Positions 49,892-58,997 of a stretch of 64,000 bases of DNA are shown piece after piece. The notes beneath the pieces were generated by a model, which did not search any database, was not told the origin of the DNA, and worked only from the letters and a program-made list of their open reading frames with translations. Positions within the stretch are counted from its first letter, which is position 1, and each line of letters begins with the position of its first letter. This DNA comes from a virus: positions 9,969 to 73,968 of the IMG/VR virus record IMGVR_UViG_3300030117_004232; one strand, given 5' to 3'. A program made the translations under genes and the position numbers.

Positions 49892-51346
49892 CTAATTTGC
49901 CATTTCTATGAGGTCTGTCAATTGTGCTACGTCACTGTATCCTAAGTTGTCATCTACATAGTCTAAGTTCGCACCTGCGAGTGACAACGTATCGAGTTTG
50001 AAATCAGTTACCTCCACGGTCACGACGACCGCGTATTCATCTACAGGCAACCAGTTGAGACCTGCGAGCATACCTTGCTGTGCAAGGCGCTGACGCATGT
50101 GCTGCGCGGGGCCTACAGGTACCTCCAGTTCGCCCACCTCGTACATCTCGTAGCCGTCCATCGCAGCCACGCGCACGAATGTATTGAACTCCTCATCCTT
50201 ACGGATGGAAGCAATGAGGAGATTGATGTGGAACGCGTCCTTGAGAATCATCCACCCACCTTCGCCGCCTACCTGAAATGGTCCCGGTAGTGTCAGGCGA
50301 ATGCGTTCCTTGTCAGACGATTCGATGAGGTGGCCCAGTTCAGAATCTGCCTCCATGAGCCTTCCCTCTTTAATTGGTAATTTGCTATCTGTTTTGTTGA
50401 GAAACGAAAGCCGGTCGGCGTAAGGCAACTTGTGAATATCCCAGTCATCACCCAGTGCGAATACATCTGTCAGGCATTTGACGTTACAGCCGTCTGCCTC
50501 TACTTCAAACACACCTTCCTTATCGATGGGAACCTGTGTGACCTTGCCGATGACCTGCCGGTCCCGCCCGTAGAGTACACCCTTGAATGTCCCCTGTGGG
50601 AACTCAGTGATGTGGAGGTATCTACGTGGGTGCTCAATGGTTTCGACGTACACTTTCGTAGGCGTACTCATCTTCGCCCACGCTCTATAGACCGGGCCCC
50701 TGAACGCCTGACCGGGTTGCATTGTTCGCACATCCATGTCAATGATTTCCTCCTTGAGCAAGCGATTGATTATCTCTGTAGGTGACATCGTATCGAGCAT
50801 CTGACGAATGGCCATCATGCTCTGCGCACCTGCGTCTGTGATGTAGGATACCATCTGTAGGAAGCGGTCGATGGGCATGATAGGTGGCTCATCTGTGGCT
50901 CGTGACCAGAAGAGCATTGCTTCTTTCTCATTCATTTTGCTGGCAATGTGGAGAAAGCCGAGGTCTTGAATCCGACCCATGAGCATGAGTGCTTGCTTGA
51001 CTGTCATGCCCTCGCCTCCATACTCAGGTGATTCAACTGCAAGAAGTGGTACCATCGGTTTGCCTGCAAGTGACTCATCCCATATCAGAGGGGAGATGGA
51101 TAACTTGCTGCACACATCATCACGTATCCAACGAATCGAAATGAACTGTCGTTCAAATCGTGAGTGCGCAGGATAGAAGATGTCAATGAGTTCCTCCAGT
51201 TCAGCACCCGTATCACGTATCGATTGCTCAATCAGATTGAGGCACTGTTGGAAATACTTCCAACGGTTCTCTTTGTCCGTTAGGATTTTCCTATTTAGTC
51301 GCCTGAGATTTTCAGCGATGTCTGCCGCCTCTGCTAACAACATCAT
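49892..51346 (-). CDS. ATP-dependent DNA ligase-fold protein lacking the KxDG motif
   Basis: Ligase-like order: PGQAF.GP, VYVETIEHPRRYLH (motif I position), EGVFEVE, TDVFALG..IHKLPYADRL, GWMILKD, then an OB-like region. Confidence 0.55.
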   Translation of the reverse strand: MMLLAEAADIAENLRRLNRKILTDKENRWKYFQQCLNLIEQSIRDTGAELEELIDIFYPAHSRFERQFISIRWIRDDVCSKLSISPLIWDESLAGKPMVPLLAVESPEYGGEGMTVKQALMLMGRIQDLGFLHIASKMNEKEAMLFWSRATDEPPIMPIDRFLQMVSYITDAGAQSMMAIRQMLDTMSPTEIINRLLKEEIIDMDVRTMQPGQAFRGPVYRAWAKMSTPTKVYVETIEHPRRYLHITEFPQGTFKGVLYGRDRQVIGKVTQVPIDKEGVFEVEADGCNVKCLTDVFALGDDWDIHKLPYADRLSFLNKTDSKLPIKEGRLMEADSELGHLIESSDKERIRLTLPGPFQVGGEGGWMILKDAFHINLLIASIRKDEEFNTFVRVAAMDGYEMYEVGELEVPVGPAQHMRQRLAQQGMLAGLNWLPVDEYAVVVTVEVTDFKLDTLSLAGANLDYVDDNLGYSDVAQLTDLIEMAN

Positions 51347-51792
51347 TCTTCCTCTCCTTTCTTCCGACGGCGGTAATTTCTGTGGTATTCAATCATCTTC
51401 TCTCGATTCTTCTTGTAGTATTCACGATGGTATTTACGAACCTTCTCTGGATTCTCCTTGTAGCGTTCCCTTGCTCGTTTACGCCGACGTTCCTTCACTT
51501 CAGGTCGCTTTTCATATTCACGCTTACGTTCCTTCACTTCAGGGCGTTGGTAGTATTCACGATTGCGTACAAGTATATTTTCTCGATTCTTCTTGTTGTA
51601 TTTACGCTGGCTGATTTTATTACGTTCCTTCACTTCAGGGCGTTGGTTATACTCCTTTAGTCGCTTAGCCTTACAAGTGTCGCAGAATCTTTTCTGCGGG
51701 ATGTATTTGAAAAAGGTATCACAGGTTTCGCATAGAGTTATTTGTTTTCTGAAAATCAAATCCATGAGGTCATCATCATCATAAGTTGTCAT
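51343..51792 (-). CDS. Zn-finger plus charged-repeat protein (EY.[QK]RPEVKER x3)
   Basis: CETC...CDTC followed by three near-identical nucleotide repeats; AT-rich. Confidence 0.7.
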   Translation of the reverse strand: MTTYDDDDLMDLIFRKQITLCETCDTFFKYIPQKRFCDTCKAKRLKEYNQRPEVKERNKISQRKYNKKNRENILVRNREYYQRPEVKERKREYEKRPEVKERRRKRARERYKENPEKVRKYHREYYKKNREKMIEYHRNYRRRKKGEEE

Positions 51793-52051
51793 CTAATTCC
51801 CTCAGTTCTTGGAGGGCGTGTTCGATTGCTTTCACTAAAGATGCCGCTTCCTCTTGGCTCAGCCTCACGCCCTCTCTCGTGAAGCCCTTACCACTAGGAT
51901 GCTCTTCTGTTCGTCTGACTCGGATGTCTATGGATGCAGGTGCATCACCTATGGGGTCGGCTACGCTCATGACAGTCTCGGCCTTGCCTTTCCACTTCTT
52001 GGAAGTGTTGGGCACACGCCACTTGATTGTCTGAACGAAGCCTCTGCTCAT
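51779..52051 (-). CDS. PC4-like ssDNA-binding protein
   Basis: IDIRV...GFTREGVRLSQEEA..L matches the PC4/Sub1 pattern. Confidence 0.6.
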   Translation of the reverse strand: MSRGFVQTIKWRVPNTSKKWKGKAETVMSVADPIGDAPASIDIRVRRTEEHPSGKGFTREGVRLSQEEAASLVKAIEHALQELRELDDNL

Positions 52052-52404
52052 GCTTTCAACTCCTTGTATGCCGCTATCCATTCACGTTTGTGTCTTCGCA
52101 TCTGACTCAACTTGTCACGACGACTTTCTGCTTGTCGTGAAGCCCAACCTTTGTCCCAATGTGGTCCTGCTCTTGGAGTGATGGCAGCAAGTTCTTCAAT
52201 CATCTTTTCTAGATGTCCCATCGTCTTGTATTTCTCCAAGAATCTATCGTGTTGGAGTCTACCGGCTGGCGCACACTGTAGACAATGAGTTACACCACAT
52301 TTGTGTTGTAAATTAGCATCGAGTATGGATGCCCACTTACCTTCTTCTACACCACGTTGTCTGTCGTCTAGGCACTTTTCTGTTGCTTCCCAATCAACTG
52401 TCAT
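52048..52404 (-). CDS. Hypothetical protein
   Basis: Coupled ORF with C/H motif. Confidence 0.55.
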   Translation of the reverse strand: MTVDWEATEKCLDDRQRGVEEGKWASILDANLQHKCGVTHCLQCAPAGRLQHDRFLEKYKTMGHLEKMIEELAAITPRAGPHWDKGWASRQAESRRDKLSQMRRHKREWIAAYKELKA

Positions 52405-52649
52405 AGTGCTTTCACCTTTCTGAATATCTTACGTCGATTGTTTGGACAAGTATTATCCGTTTCCATGACATATCTACCATAGCCTGACTTTCGCTTGAGC
52501 CAGTATGCAATGGATGATGCTGTGAACTTGTTGTCGTAACCCATGTACTTTGCAATTTCACGGCAGTTGCGCCATGCACCGTCGTCCATGAGTTCTTCAA
52601 TAACGGCTTTCTGCTGCATTGAAATCTTATACTTCCCCTTACTCATCAC
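52401..52649 (-). CDS. Winged-HTH protein
   Basis: VIEELM..AWRNCREIAKYM..TASSIAYWLK followed by a wing. Confidence 0.55.
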   Translation of the reverse strand: MMSKGKYKISMQQKAVIEELMDDGAWRNCREIAKYMGYDNKFTASSIAYWLKRKSGYGRYVMETDNTCPNNRRKIFRKVKAL

Positions 52650-53374
52650 TCTTCCTCCTCTGAACGTGGGTAGTAGATGACCACTGAGCCACGTACATGG
52701 GGTGGTAATAGTTCACCGCTGAATGGACAGAATGTACCGAGTACCTTGATACTCTCAGCCAGTTTGTTGTCGACCATGTTGATAATCTCAGGGCGGGACA
52801 ACGCGACATAGGTGGCAGCCTTCGCATCAAACTTGAGCATCAGGTCATCACCAGCCAACAGGCCATAGTCGTATGGTTCCATGGGAACAGATGTGTCACA
52901 CACAGGGCAGGTAATCACGACTGACCACTGTTCGACCAACTCTGTGGTCTGGCCATCTTCACCCTCTACTCCTTCCGGCAAAGCCATCTCGGCCTGACCG
53001 TCAAATGTCCATACTCCTTCCTCCAAGGGGAAAGACGACAAAGGCACTGAACAATCAGGGCAAGGCCACTGTTGTGCAATCTCTTGTCGCTTCATCATCT
53101 CTTGCATGTGTCGCTCTTGTGGCGTGAGATGTTGTACATCAATCAGTTGAACCTCAGATTCATCTACAGTCCAACCAATCCCTTCTACGAGAATCTTCAT
53201 ACGAATTCTCGCTTGGGCGGCACTAGGATGATTCTCCTGCTGCACCAATTTGATGCTGCGGTCACCATCTCTCAGGTAAGATAGGCCCAAGCCTGCGGGT
53301 TCCCACAAGCCATTCAGGCGCAACCTACTCAATATCTCTTTCACATTATCTTCAGGCGTCGTTTCTTCCATCAT
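52646..53374 (-). CDS. Zn-binding hypothetical protein
   Basis: CPDC and CPVC motifs. Confidence 0.65.
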   Translation of the reverse strand: MMEETTPEDNVKEILSRLRLNGLWEPAGLGLSYLRDGDRSIKLVQQENHPSAAQARIRMKILVEGIGWTVDESEVQLIDVQHLTPQERHMQEMMKRQEIAQQWPCPDCSVPLSSFPLEEGVWTFDGQAEMALPEGVEGEDGQTTELVEQWSVVITCPVCDTSVPMEPYDYGLLAGDDLMLKFDAKAATYVALSRPEIINMVDNKLAESIKVLGTFCPFSGELLPPHVRGSVVIYYPRSEEEE

Positions 53375-53693
53375 ATTCCTCTCCTATTTTTTCTGTTATC
53401 CAAAGGAAGGTGTCACAGCATCTTGCTGGTATCATTCTTGCGCCATACTCCGTAACAAAGCACGGGTATGTCTCATCAAAGTGCTCATTACAAGACAAGC
53501 AGTTGTCATATTTCACCAACGCAGTTGTCATGTATAGCACCTCTTGTTGTTCAGGCTCACCTCTCAGCCTCGCAGTGTCGGGGACTGGGATGGTTGAACC
53601 CACGAGGGGGATTTTCTCCCCCTCATGAATCCAGTTCCCATCTTCGTCAATCTCTGCGGCTTTCATCATCGTTCCTTCATAACTCTCCTTCAA
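53352..53693 (-). CDS. Hypothetical Cys-containing protein
   Basis: Coupled ORF; CLSC...CC. Confidence 0.55.
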   Translation of the reverse strand: MKESYEGTMMKAAEIDEDGNWIHEGEKIPLVGSTIPVPDTARLRGEPEQQEVLYMTTALVKYDNCLSCNEHFDETYPCFVTEYGARMIPARCCDTFLWITEKIGEEYDGRNDA

Positions 53694-55195
53694 TGCAGCA
53701 CCTCTGAAAACATCGGGACACTCTTGAGTTGGTCCTCAATGTCCTGACCGGATACTACGCGAGTCGTGATGTCCCCAAGAACCTTGTGGACCTTCTGTAG
53801 TCGGTCGTGGAAGGTGTTGAAGTTCAGCGTACTACCCTTGAGCACCTTGCCATCCTCGTCTTGCCACTCTGGCTTGTGCGTGATTGCACCTGTCAGAATG
53901 TTGTAGACGTGGTACAGTGTCCCTTGGTCTTCGTTACTGACTGCAACCCACGGCTCAGAAGGCTTTGTCCACCCTTGGCCCATGAGTCTCCACATGTGTC
54001 CACGACTGATGCTTTCCACCTTGCCGTGGTCATCTCGCTTGAGTGTAGGCTTGGTAATCAATCCGTTTCGCTCACAAATTGTCATCAACTTCTCAAAGGT
54101 ATCACGGTTGACTTCTACATCTCTCATCGATTCTGCTACAAGGATTTCCCTAGCAGCCATTTCGATGACACCATCAATCTTCTCGGCCAATGCATCGAAA
54201 TCATACGAGCCCAACACACCATTGGTGTGCTTCAGGCTGATGAGATTTGCTCGGTCACCCATGACCATACCATTCGTGCAAGCCAGTCGTTCTGCTACTG
54301 CCTGTACCTTGAATGCACTGGAGCCATCCAAACTGTTGTGGATAGCGATACCGATTCGATAGTCACCGTTGTTCAAGAATCCACTCTTAGTCCACTTGTC
54401 TCCGACATTAGAATCTGCTACTGCCTTGTCCCAATCTACGTTGGTGGACACGTCGAGGAAGCACGCTGCTCGCTTGCCCTCATCCCATGCCAACACCTTG
54501 GCATTGTAGCCACGCTCTGCGGCCAAGTCAAGGACAGGGCCGAATCCCTTGCGGTAAGGCATGGGGTAGTAGGTGGGACTGAAGGTACCCAAGTAGGCAC
54601 CAGCAGGTCGCTTGTCATCTGCATACAGTGGGTTGAAGATGTGGTAGGATACTGGCTCGCCGTTCGCATTGTTCACACGAGCCATGGTCGAACCCATCTC
54701 ATCACTGCCACTGTCATACAGGACAAAGGCAGGCTTGCGCACTGGGTCAAAGTCCCAATCTGTGCTTGCCTTCTCCTTGCGCCCACCTGAGAATAGCATG
54801 TCATCGAACGCGCCTTCCGACTGCTCTACCTTCACGCCATCCACAATGATGTCGGGGGCAGATGCATCGACCCACATGGGGACTTCGTCATCTGCGACTT
54901 CGACTGAATCAAGGGGTTCGTTGTTCTCCATTGCGTTCACAATTCCAATCTGTTCGTCTGTAATGTGCAGGGGTGCACCTTGTCCGATGAGACTGGGCAT
55001 CAGACCATCACTGATGGCGTTGCCCTCTTCCCCACGAACGAGCACTGCTACTCGCCCATGGTCAATCTTCTCAAATCTCGCTATCAACACCTTGGGTACT
55101 CTCACCGTTTGGATGCCCGATACAGACGGGTAATCCATCTCGACGAAAGCCTGTGTGCTTCCTGTCACTTTTCCAATCAATACTACTTCGTTCAT
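53690..55195 (-). CDS. DUF932-family protein
   Basis: IHNSLDGSSAF...RLACTNGM...KHT signature. Confidence 0.8.
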   Translation of the reverse strand: MNEVVLIGKVTGSTQAFVEMDYPSVSGIQTVRVPKVLIARFEKIDHGRVAVLVRGEEGNAISDGLMPSLIGQGAPLHITDEQIGIVNAMENNEPLDSVEVADDEVPMWVDASAPDIIVDGVKVEQSEGAFDDMLFSGGRKEKASTDWDFDPVRKPAFVLYDSGSDEMGSTMARVNNANGEPVSYHIFNPLYADDKRPAGAYLGTFSPTYYPMPYRKGFGPVLDLAAERGYNAKVLAWDEGKRAACFLDVSTNVDWDKAVADSNVGDKWTKSGFLNNGDYRIGIAIHNSLDGSSAFKVQAVAERLACTNGMVMGDRANLISLKHTNGVLGSYDFDALAEKIDGVIEMAAREILVAESMRDVEVNRDTFEKLMTICERNGLITKPTLKRDDHGKVESISRGHMWRLMGQGWTKPSEPWVAVSNEDQGTLYHVYNILTGAITHKPEWQDEDGKVLKGSTLNFNTFHDRLQKVHKVLGDITTRVVSGQDIEDQLKSVPMFSEVLH

Positions 55196-55205
55196 ATTTT
55201 CACTC

Positions 55206-55391
55206 TCATTTGTTTCCCTTGTTTTTTGGGGCTGTCTTCATATCTTTCTTGTTTCTATTTAAAGGGGGGTCGATTTTCAACCCCTCTAATTGCTCTGGGT
55301 CGATGGTACAATCGCACGGCATAGGCTCCCATTCTCCATCGTATCCTATCTGGGCTACGATACCTGTCCCTTTGCATGCTTTGCATCTCAT
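55206..55391 (-). CDS. DnaJ-type CxxCxGxG micro-protein
   Basis: CKACKGTG...PCDC. Confidence 0.55.
   Translation of the reverse strand: MRCKACKGTGIVAQIGYDGEWEPMPCDCTIDPEQLEGLKIDPPLNRNKKDMKTAPKNKGNK
55231..55264 (-). promoter_or_regulatory. Repeated TATA-containing element, copy 2
   Basis: 34 bp identical to 61520-61553; upstream of the DUF932 gene. Confidence 0.7.
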
Positions 55392-57391
55392 TCATTCCCC
55401 TCCAATTTCCATCCGCGCTCGGTCTGTAACTTCTTCACGAGTTCACTGACAAGTCCTTGCCTCTCTTCGGCATCTCCGCCGTCGAGAACGGCCTTCACGA
55501 CTTTCCGCTTGCTTTCAACCACACGGTCGAAGTGTTCGTCAATCGTGCCAGCACAGGAGATGTACACTGCGTGCACACTGTCACTCTCCTGCCCAATACG
55601 GTACACTCGGTCCTCCGCTTGTTCTTCATCGGTAGGAACCCATTCGCGCTCAAGGAATAGTACGGTGTCTGCTGCTGTGAGGGTAATCCCTTCCTTGGCA
55701 GCAATGGTGTTACAGATGAGTACGTCAATCTCATTGTCTTGGAAATTGTCTACAATCTCCTGACGTTGCTTGGATGATACGTCACCACTGATGGTATCGA
55801 CAACCAACCCATCTTTCAGACGCATGCCTAAGTTGTTCATGACATCACGGTGATGTGTGAATACCACAATGGGCCTGCCCGTCTGTTCATTGTACTCCTG
55901 AATCCACTCAGAGGCATACTTGACTTTGATGCGCCCACAGATGTGGCGTAGGTCATTCAGCATGTTCAGCATCATACCCTGTGGCATGGGCTGATTGTTC
56001 AGGTAGTAATCGTCGATGCGCCTGTCCCACTCTTCTTGGGCGAGGTCGTATGGTCTACGCTCTTTCCTATCCAAATGGATGGGAAGGAACGTGCGTCGCT
56101 TGGGTGGTAGTTCAGGTAGCACCTCTTTCTTCAGACGACGAATGCACATGTCTCTGGTCAGTCCATTGAGTTCCTTGATGTTCGATGCTCCGTCGAAGTT
56201 CCATGCGTACCCATTGTGCCATGGGTCACAGTATCGCTGAGCAAAGTTCCAAAACGAAGAGAACTGAGCAGGCCGTATGAGATTGAGTGTGTTGAAAAAC
56301 TCAGAGGGGCGGCTGCTAATTGCAGTGCCACTGAGTGCTAGAATCTGAGGGATATACTTGGCAAGTTCAAGTGTTGATACAGTACGCTTGACTGGGTTGT
56401 TCTTGGAGCCACGGTTCTTCAGGTAGTGGACCTCGTCAAGCACGATGAGTTGTGCATCGATTGCCTTGAGTTCGTCTAACTTCTTGGTCACCAAGTCGTA
56501 GTTAATGACAATCCAATCGGCTGAGCGAACCTCATCCTTTCCTTTGGCAATTGCGTACACGTCTTCGTTAGGTAACCACTTACTTACTTCCTTTACCCAG
56601 TTGTATTTCACATTGGCAGGGCACACAACAATGGCCGGTCGCATCTCTGGGTTCGCGGCTGCATACCCAATGGCGGAGATGGTCTTACCAATCCCCATCT
56701 CATCCCCAATCAGGCATCGGCCATCACTGGCTTCAGCGAATGCAACTGCGACCTTTTGGAAGGGGAACAGTTCCAATCCTTCAGGGAATGCACCCTCAAG
56801 TTTCTTGGAAATCTCATCCATTTTGCTGTCATCGAGAAGGGCTGCCCCACTCATTTCTACACGCTCAATGCTTCCTTCGACATCTTCCTTGACATCTTCG
56901 TTGTCGATGATGGCATTGGCAAGGCAAGGGTACACATCCTCAAGTAGAGAGTGTAGTGTACGTGCTTGTGTAGATGGAATCGACCAACACTTCTGCTCTT
57001 TGTGGAACTTGCGACCAGAGATGCTACGCACAATCAGGCGTACCTTGTCTCGGAAAGCATTGTCGGGGATGTAGGGCCAGTGTAGATACAGCAAGCCCTC
57101 TGATAATCGAGTCCAGCACTCACTGTTGCCTCTTGTAGTCTCAGGCAATTGCTTGGTTCTTGAGATGAGGGCCGTGCAATTGTAATCCATTCGCTCAAGG
57201 ACTTCAATCGCCTTGTTGATTGTGACTTGGTTATCCTGCACGCTCCATGCTCGCTTGTCTGCATCCCACTTGAATTGGGGGAAGGGTAGCACATCCTTGA
57301 GGATGGCATTGGTCTCAGGTGAGTACGGATAACGCAGGGCAAGCCTGTTGCCATACGAATCTGTGTACGCCTCTACTTCGATAGGTGTCAT
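55388..57391 (-). CDS. SNF2-family helicase with two HARP-like domains (SMARCAL1-like annealing helicase)
   Basis: WDADKRAWSV and FHKEQKCWSI HARP-like motifs; DEMGIGKT, DEVH, LSGT and QAEDRVYRIGQ. Confidence 0.9.
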   Translation of the reverse strand: MTPIEVEAYTDSYGNRLALRYPYSPETNAILKDVLPFPQFKWDADKRAWSVQDNQVTINKAIEVLERMDYNCTALISRTKQLPETTRGNSECWTRLSEGLLYLHWPYIPDNAFRDKVRLIVRSISGRKFHKEQKCWSIPSTQARTLHSLLEDVYPCLANAIIDNEDVKEDVEGSIERVEMSGAALLDDSKMDEISKKLEGAFPEGLELFPFQKVAVAFAEASDGRCLIGDEMGIGKTISAIGYAAANPEMRPAIVVCPANVKYNWVKEVSKWLPNEDVYAIAKGKDEVRSADWIVINYDLVTKKLDELKAIDAQLIVLDEVHYLKNRGSKNNPVKRTVSTLELAKYIPQILALSGTAISSRPSEFFNTLNLIRPAQFSSFWNFAQRYCDPWHNGYAWNFDGASNIKELNGLTRDMCIRRLKKEVLPELPPKRRTFLPIHLDRKERRPYDLAQEEWDRRIDDYYLNNQPMPQGMMLNMLNDLRHICGRIKVKYASEWIQEYNEQTGRPIVVFTHHRDVMNNLGMRLKDGLVVDTISGDVSSKQRQEIVDNFQDNEIDVLICNTIAAKEGITLTAADTVLFLEREWVPTDEEQAEDRVYRIGQESDSVHAVYISCAGTIDEHFDRVVESKRKVVKAVLDGGDAEERQGLVSELVKKLQTERGWKLEGNE

Positions 57392-57729
57392 GCCTCTTCC
57401 TCATTCTCGCTTGTTTTCATGTCGAAGTAATCTCTCAACAAGTCCCACGCAATACCATCAGTCTTTGCGAAGATGTTGTTTGAACGTAGTCGTTCCATCT
57501 GTTCCTCTATCTTCTTCGACACTGCTTCAAGTTCCTCGATTGCGTCTAGAAGGCCACGCTCGACCTTCTCTGCCTCTCTTACACAAACACCTTCTGCTGC
57601 CAATAGAGATATTTCCATGAAAAACTGTGATTTCTCTGGCCATGCTTGTGGGAAAGCCATTCTCAAATCTTCAAGTATCTTATTTCTCAACCGCCAAAAG
57701 ACAATTCCTGCTTCATTCATTTCATTCAT
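57388..57729 (-). CDS. Hypothetical coiled-coil protein
   Basis: Coupled ORF. Confidence 0.55.
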   Translation of the reverse strand: MNEMNEAGIVFWRLRNKILEDLRMAFPQAWPEKSQFFMEISLLAAEGVCVREAEKVERGLLDAIEELEAVSKKIEEQMERLRSNNIFAKTDGIAWDLLRDYFDMKTSENEEEA

Positions 57730-57947
57730 TCCATCAACTCCTTCACTTCAGCCCAGAATAGTTCGCGCCACTGCGCTTGATATGCTAGGCCACCTTTCTC
57801 TCCATACTCATTTCTTGAGTCGGCTTCAAGCCAACGGTGCTCAGGCCAAGGCTTGTCGCTTGCAGCCCAAGGATACCAGACAGGTCGCCCTTCGGCTACG
57901 TGGTTGGCGTAGTCTTTCTTCGCATCTCCTCTTGCTTTCTTGGTCAC
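57726..57947 (-). CDS. Hypothetical Trp-rich micro-protein
   Basis: Starts at the GTG inside the junction repeat. Confidence 0.6.
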   Translation of the reverse strand: MTKKARGDAKKDYANHVAEGRPVWYPWAASDKPWPEHRWLEADSRNEYGEKGGLAYQAQWRELFWAEVKELME

Positions 57948-58126
57948 GCCGTCACCTCCACGACAATCTCATCCCACGAAGCATAGCCGTATGGCTCATC
58001 ATTACCATCAATTGCACCTGCAATAATTCCAACCAACAACTTAAGCGCATAATCTTCACGCCAGCCCCAGTGACTCAAACACTCATGCTTAAGCCAATCC
58101 ATTACTTTCTCTTTCGTATCGCTCAC
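57944..58126 (-). CDS. Cassette micro-protein (MSDTKE...EVTA)
   Basis: Bounded by junction repeats; open frame. Confidence 0.7.
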   Translation of the reverse strand: MSDTKEKVMDWLKHECLSHWGWREDYALKLLVGIIAGAIDGNDEPYGYASWDEIVVEVTA

Positions 58127-58356
58127 GCCGTCACCTCCACGCATTCTTCACAAACAACATCATTACCCATGTGTGGCCCTCCGTCGCAATCATTGACCTT
58201 CTCGCATTTAGGACACCATGCGGCATTAGTTACCAACCCAAGAAAATAGTCATAGGTAAAATCCCTACCTGTTCTGTCAATAAACATCAAAACTTCATGC
58301 TCCCAATTCCTCGTTTCTCGCCAACCGCAGTTCCATACATCACCTTCACAACTCAC
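58123..58356 (-). CDS. Cassette Zn-finger micro-protein (MSCEGD...EVTA)
   Basis: CPKC...CEEC; bounded by repeats. Confidence 0.7.
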   Translation of the reverse strand: MSCEGDVWNCGWRETRNWEHEVLMFIDRTGRDFTYDYFLGLVTNAAWCPKCEKVNDCDGGPHMGNDVVCEECVEVTA

Positions 58357-58505
58357 GCCGTCACCTCCACGCAGTACCGGTGTTCACAATTCCAACATAC
58401 TCTATATGTGGTAGTATGAGAGAAGTGTCCATTCCAATAGTTCTCACTCTTCCTTTTCTTAGTACGAGTGTAAGTCTTTTGATTTGCTTTGCATTTGTAA
58501 CTCAC
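58353..58505 (-). CDS. Cassette micro-protein, 50 aa (MSYKCK...CWNCEHRYCVEVTA)
   Basis: Translated by hand; exactly fills the interval between repeats. Confidence 0.65.
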   Translation of the reverse strand: MSYKCKANQKTYTRTKKRKSENYWNGHFSHTTTYRVCWNCEHRYCVEVTA

Positions 58506-58648
58506 GCCGTCACCTTCCTACATTTTCTTCGTGGAACTTTTGCCTTTTTCTTGACCACTTGCCCACAACATTTGCATTTGTAATGCACCTCAATAGTTCC
58601 ACTCGGCCATTGAAATTGCCTTGCAACCACAAATTCACATCTGCTCAC
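58502..58648 (-). CDS. Cassette basic Cys-rich micro-protein, 48 aa (MSRCEF...KVTA)
   Basis: Translated by hand; exactly fills the interval between repeats. Confidence 0.65.
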   Translation of the reverse strand: MSRCEFVVARQFQWPSGTIEVHYKCKCCGQVVKKKAKVPRRKCRKVTA

Positions 58649-58827
58649 GCCGTCACCTCCATAACCTCTTTGAATATCGCTACCGCATCCTTGATGTGTT
58701 GGTGCGCCTGTTCTATTTCTTCAGTGTAGCCATCACCAAACACGGATGATTCCCATAATGCCCCTTCAATGTCAAGTAGCATTTGCCAATGTCGTGGTTC
58801 AAAACCAACAGTAATCTGCCAACTCAC
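58645..58827 (-). CDS. Cassette micro-protein (MSWQIT...EVTA)
   Basis: Bounded by repeats. Confidence 0.7.
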   Translation of the reverse strand: MSWQITVGFEPRHWQMLLDIEGALWESSVFGDGYTEEIEQAHQHIKDAVAIFKEVMEVTA

Positions 58828-58997
58828 GCCGTCACCTCCACGCCTTCTTCCATAATACCACGACCCTTCTTTGCATTTTCATAGGGGCTTTCTACATCAC
58901 ATGATACAACCATACCGCAGTTCTTACACTTGAAGCCCACGTATGCGCCGTCAACGTCATCGTAGTATGATAACTCAAAATCATGTTCACAACTCAC
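58824..58997 (-). CDS. Cassette Zn-ribbon micro-protein (MSCEHDF...CKNC...EVTA)
   Basis: Bounded by repeats. Confidence 0.7.
   Translation of the reverse strand: MSCEHDFELSYYDDVDGAYVGFKCKNCGMVVSCDVESPYENAKKGRGIMEEGVEVTA

Noticed and set aside
53807-54790. Long antisense ORFs (also 10456-11187, 57473-58249, 61609-62400)
   Set aside because: They shadow well-supported genes on the opposite strand and have no SD or recognisable motifs.
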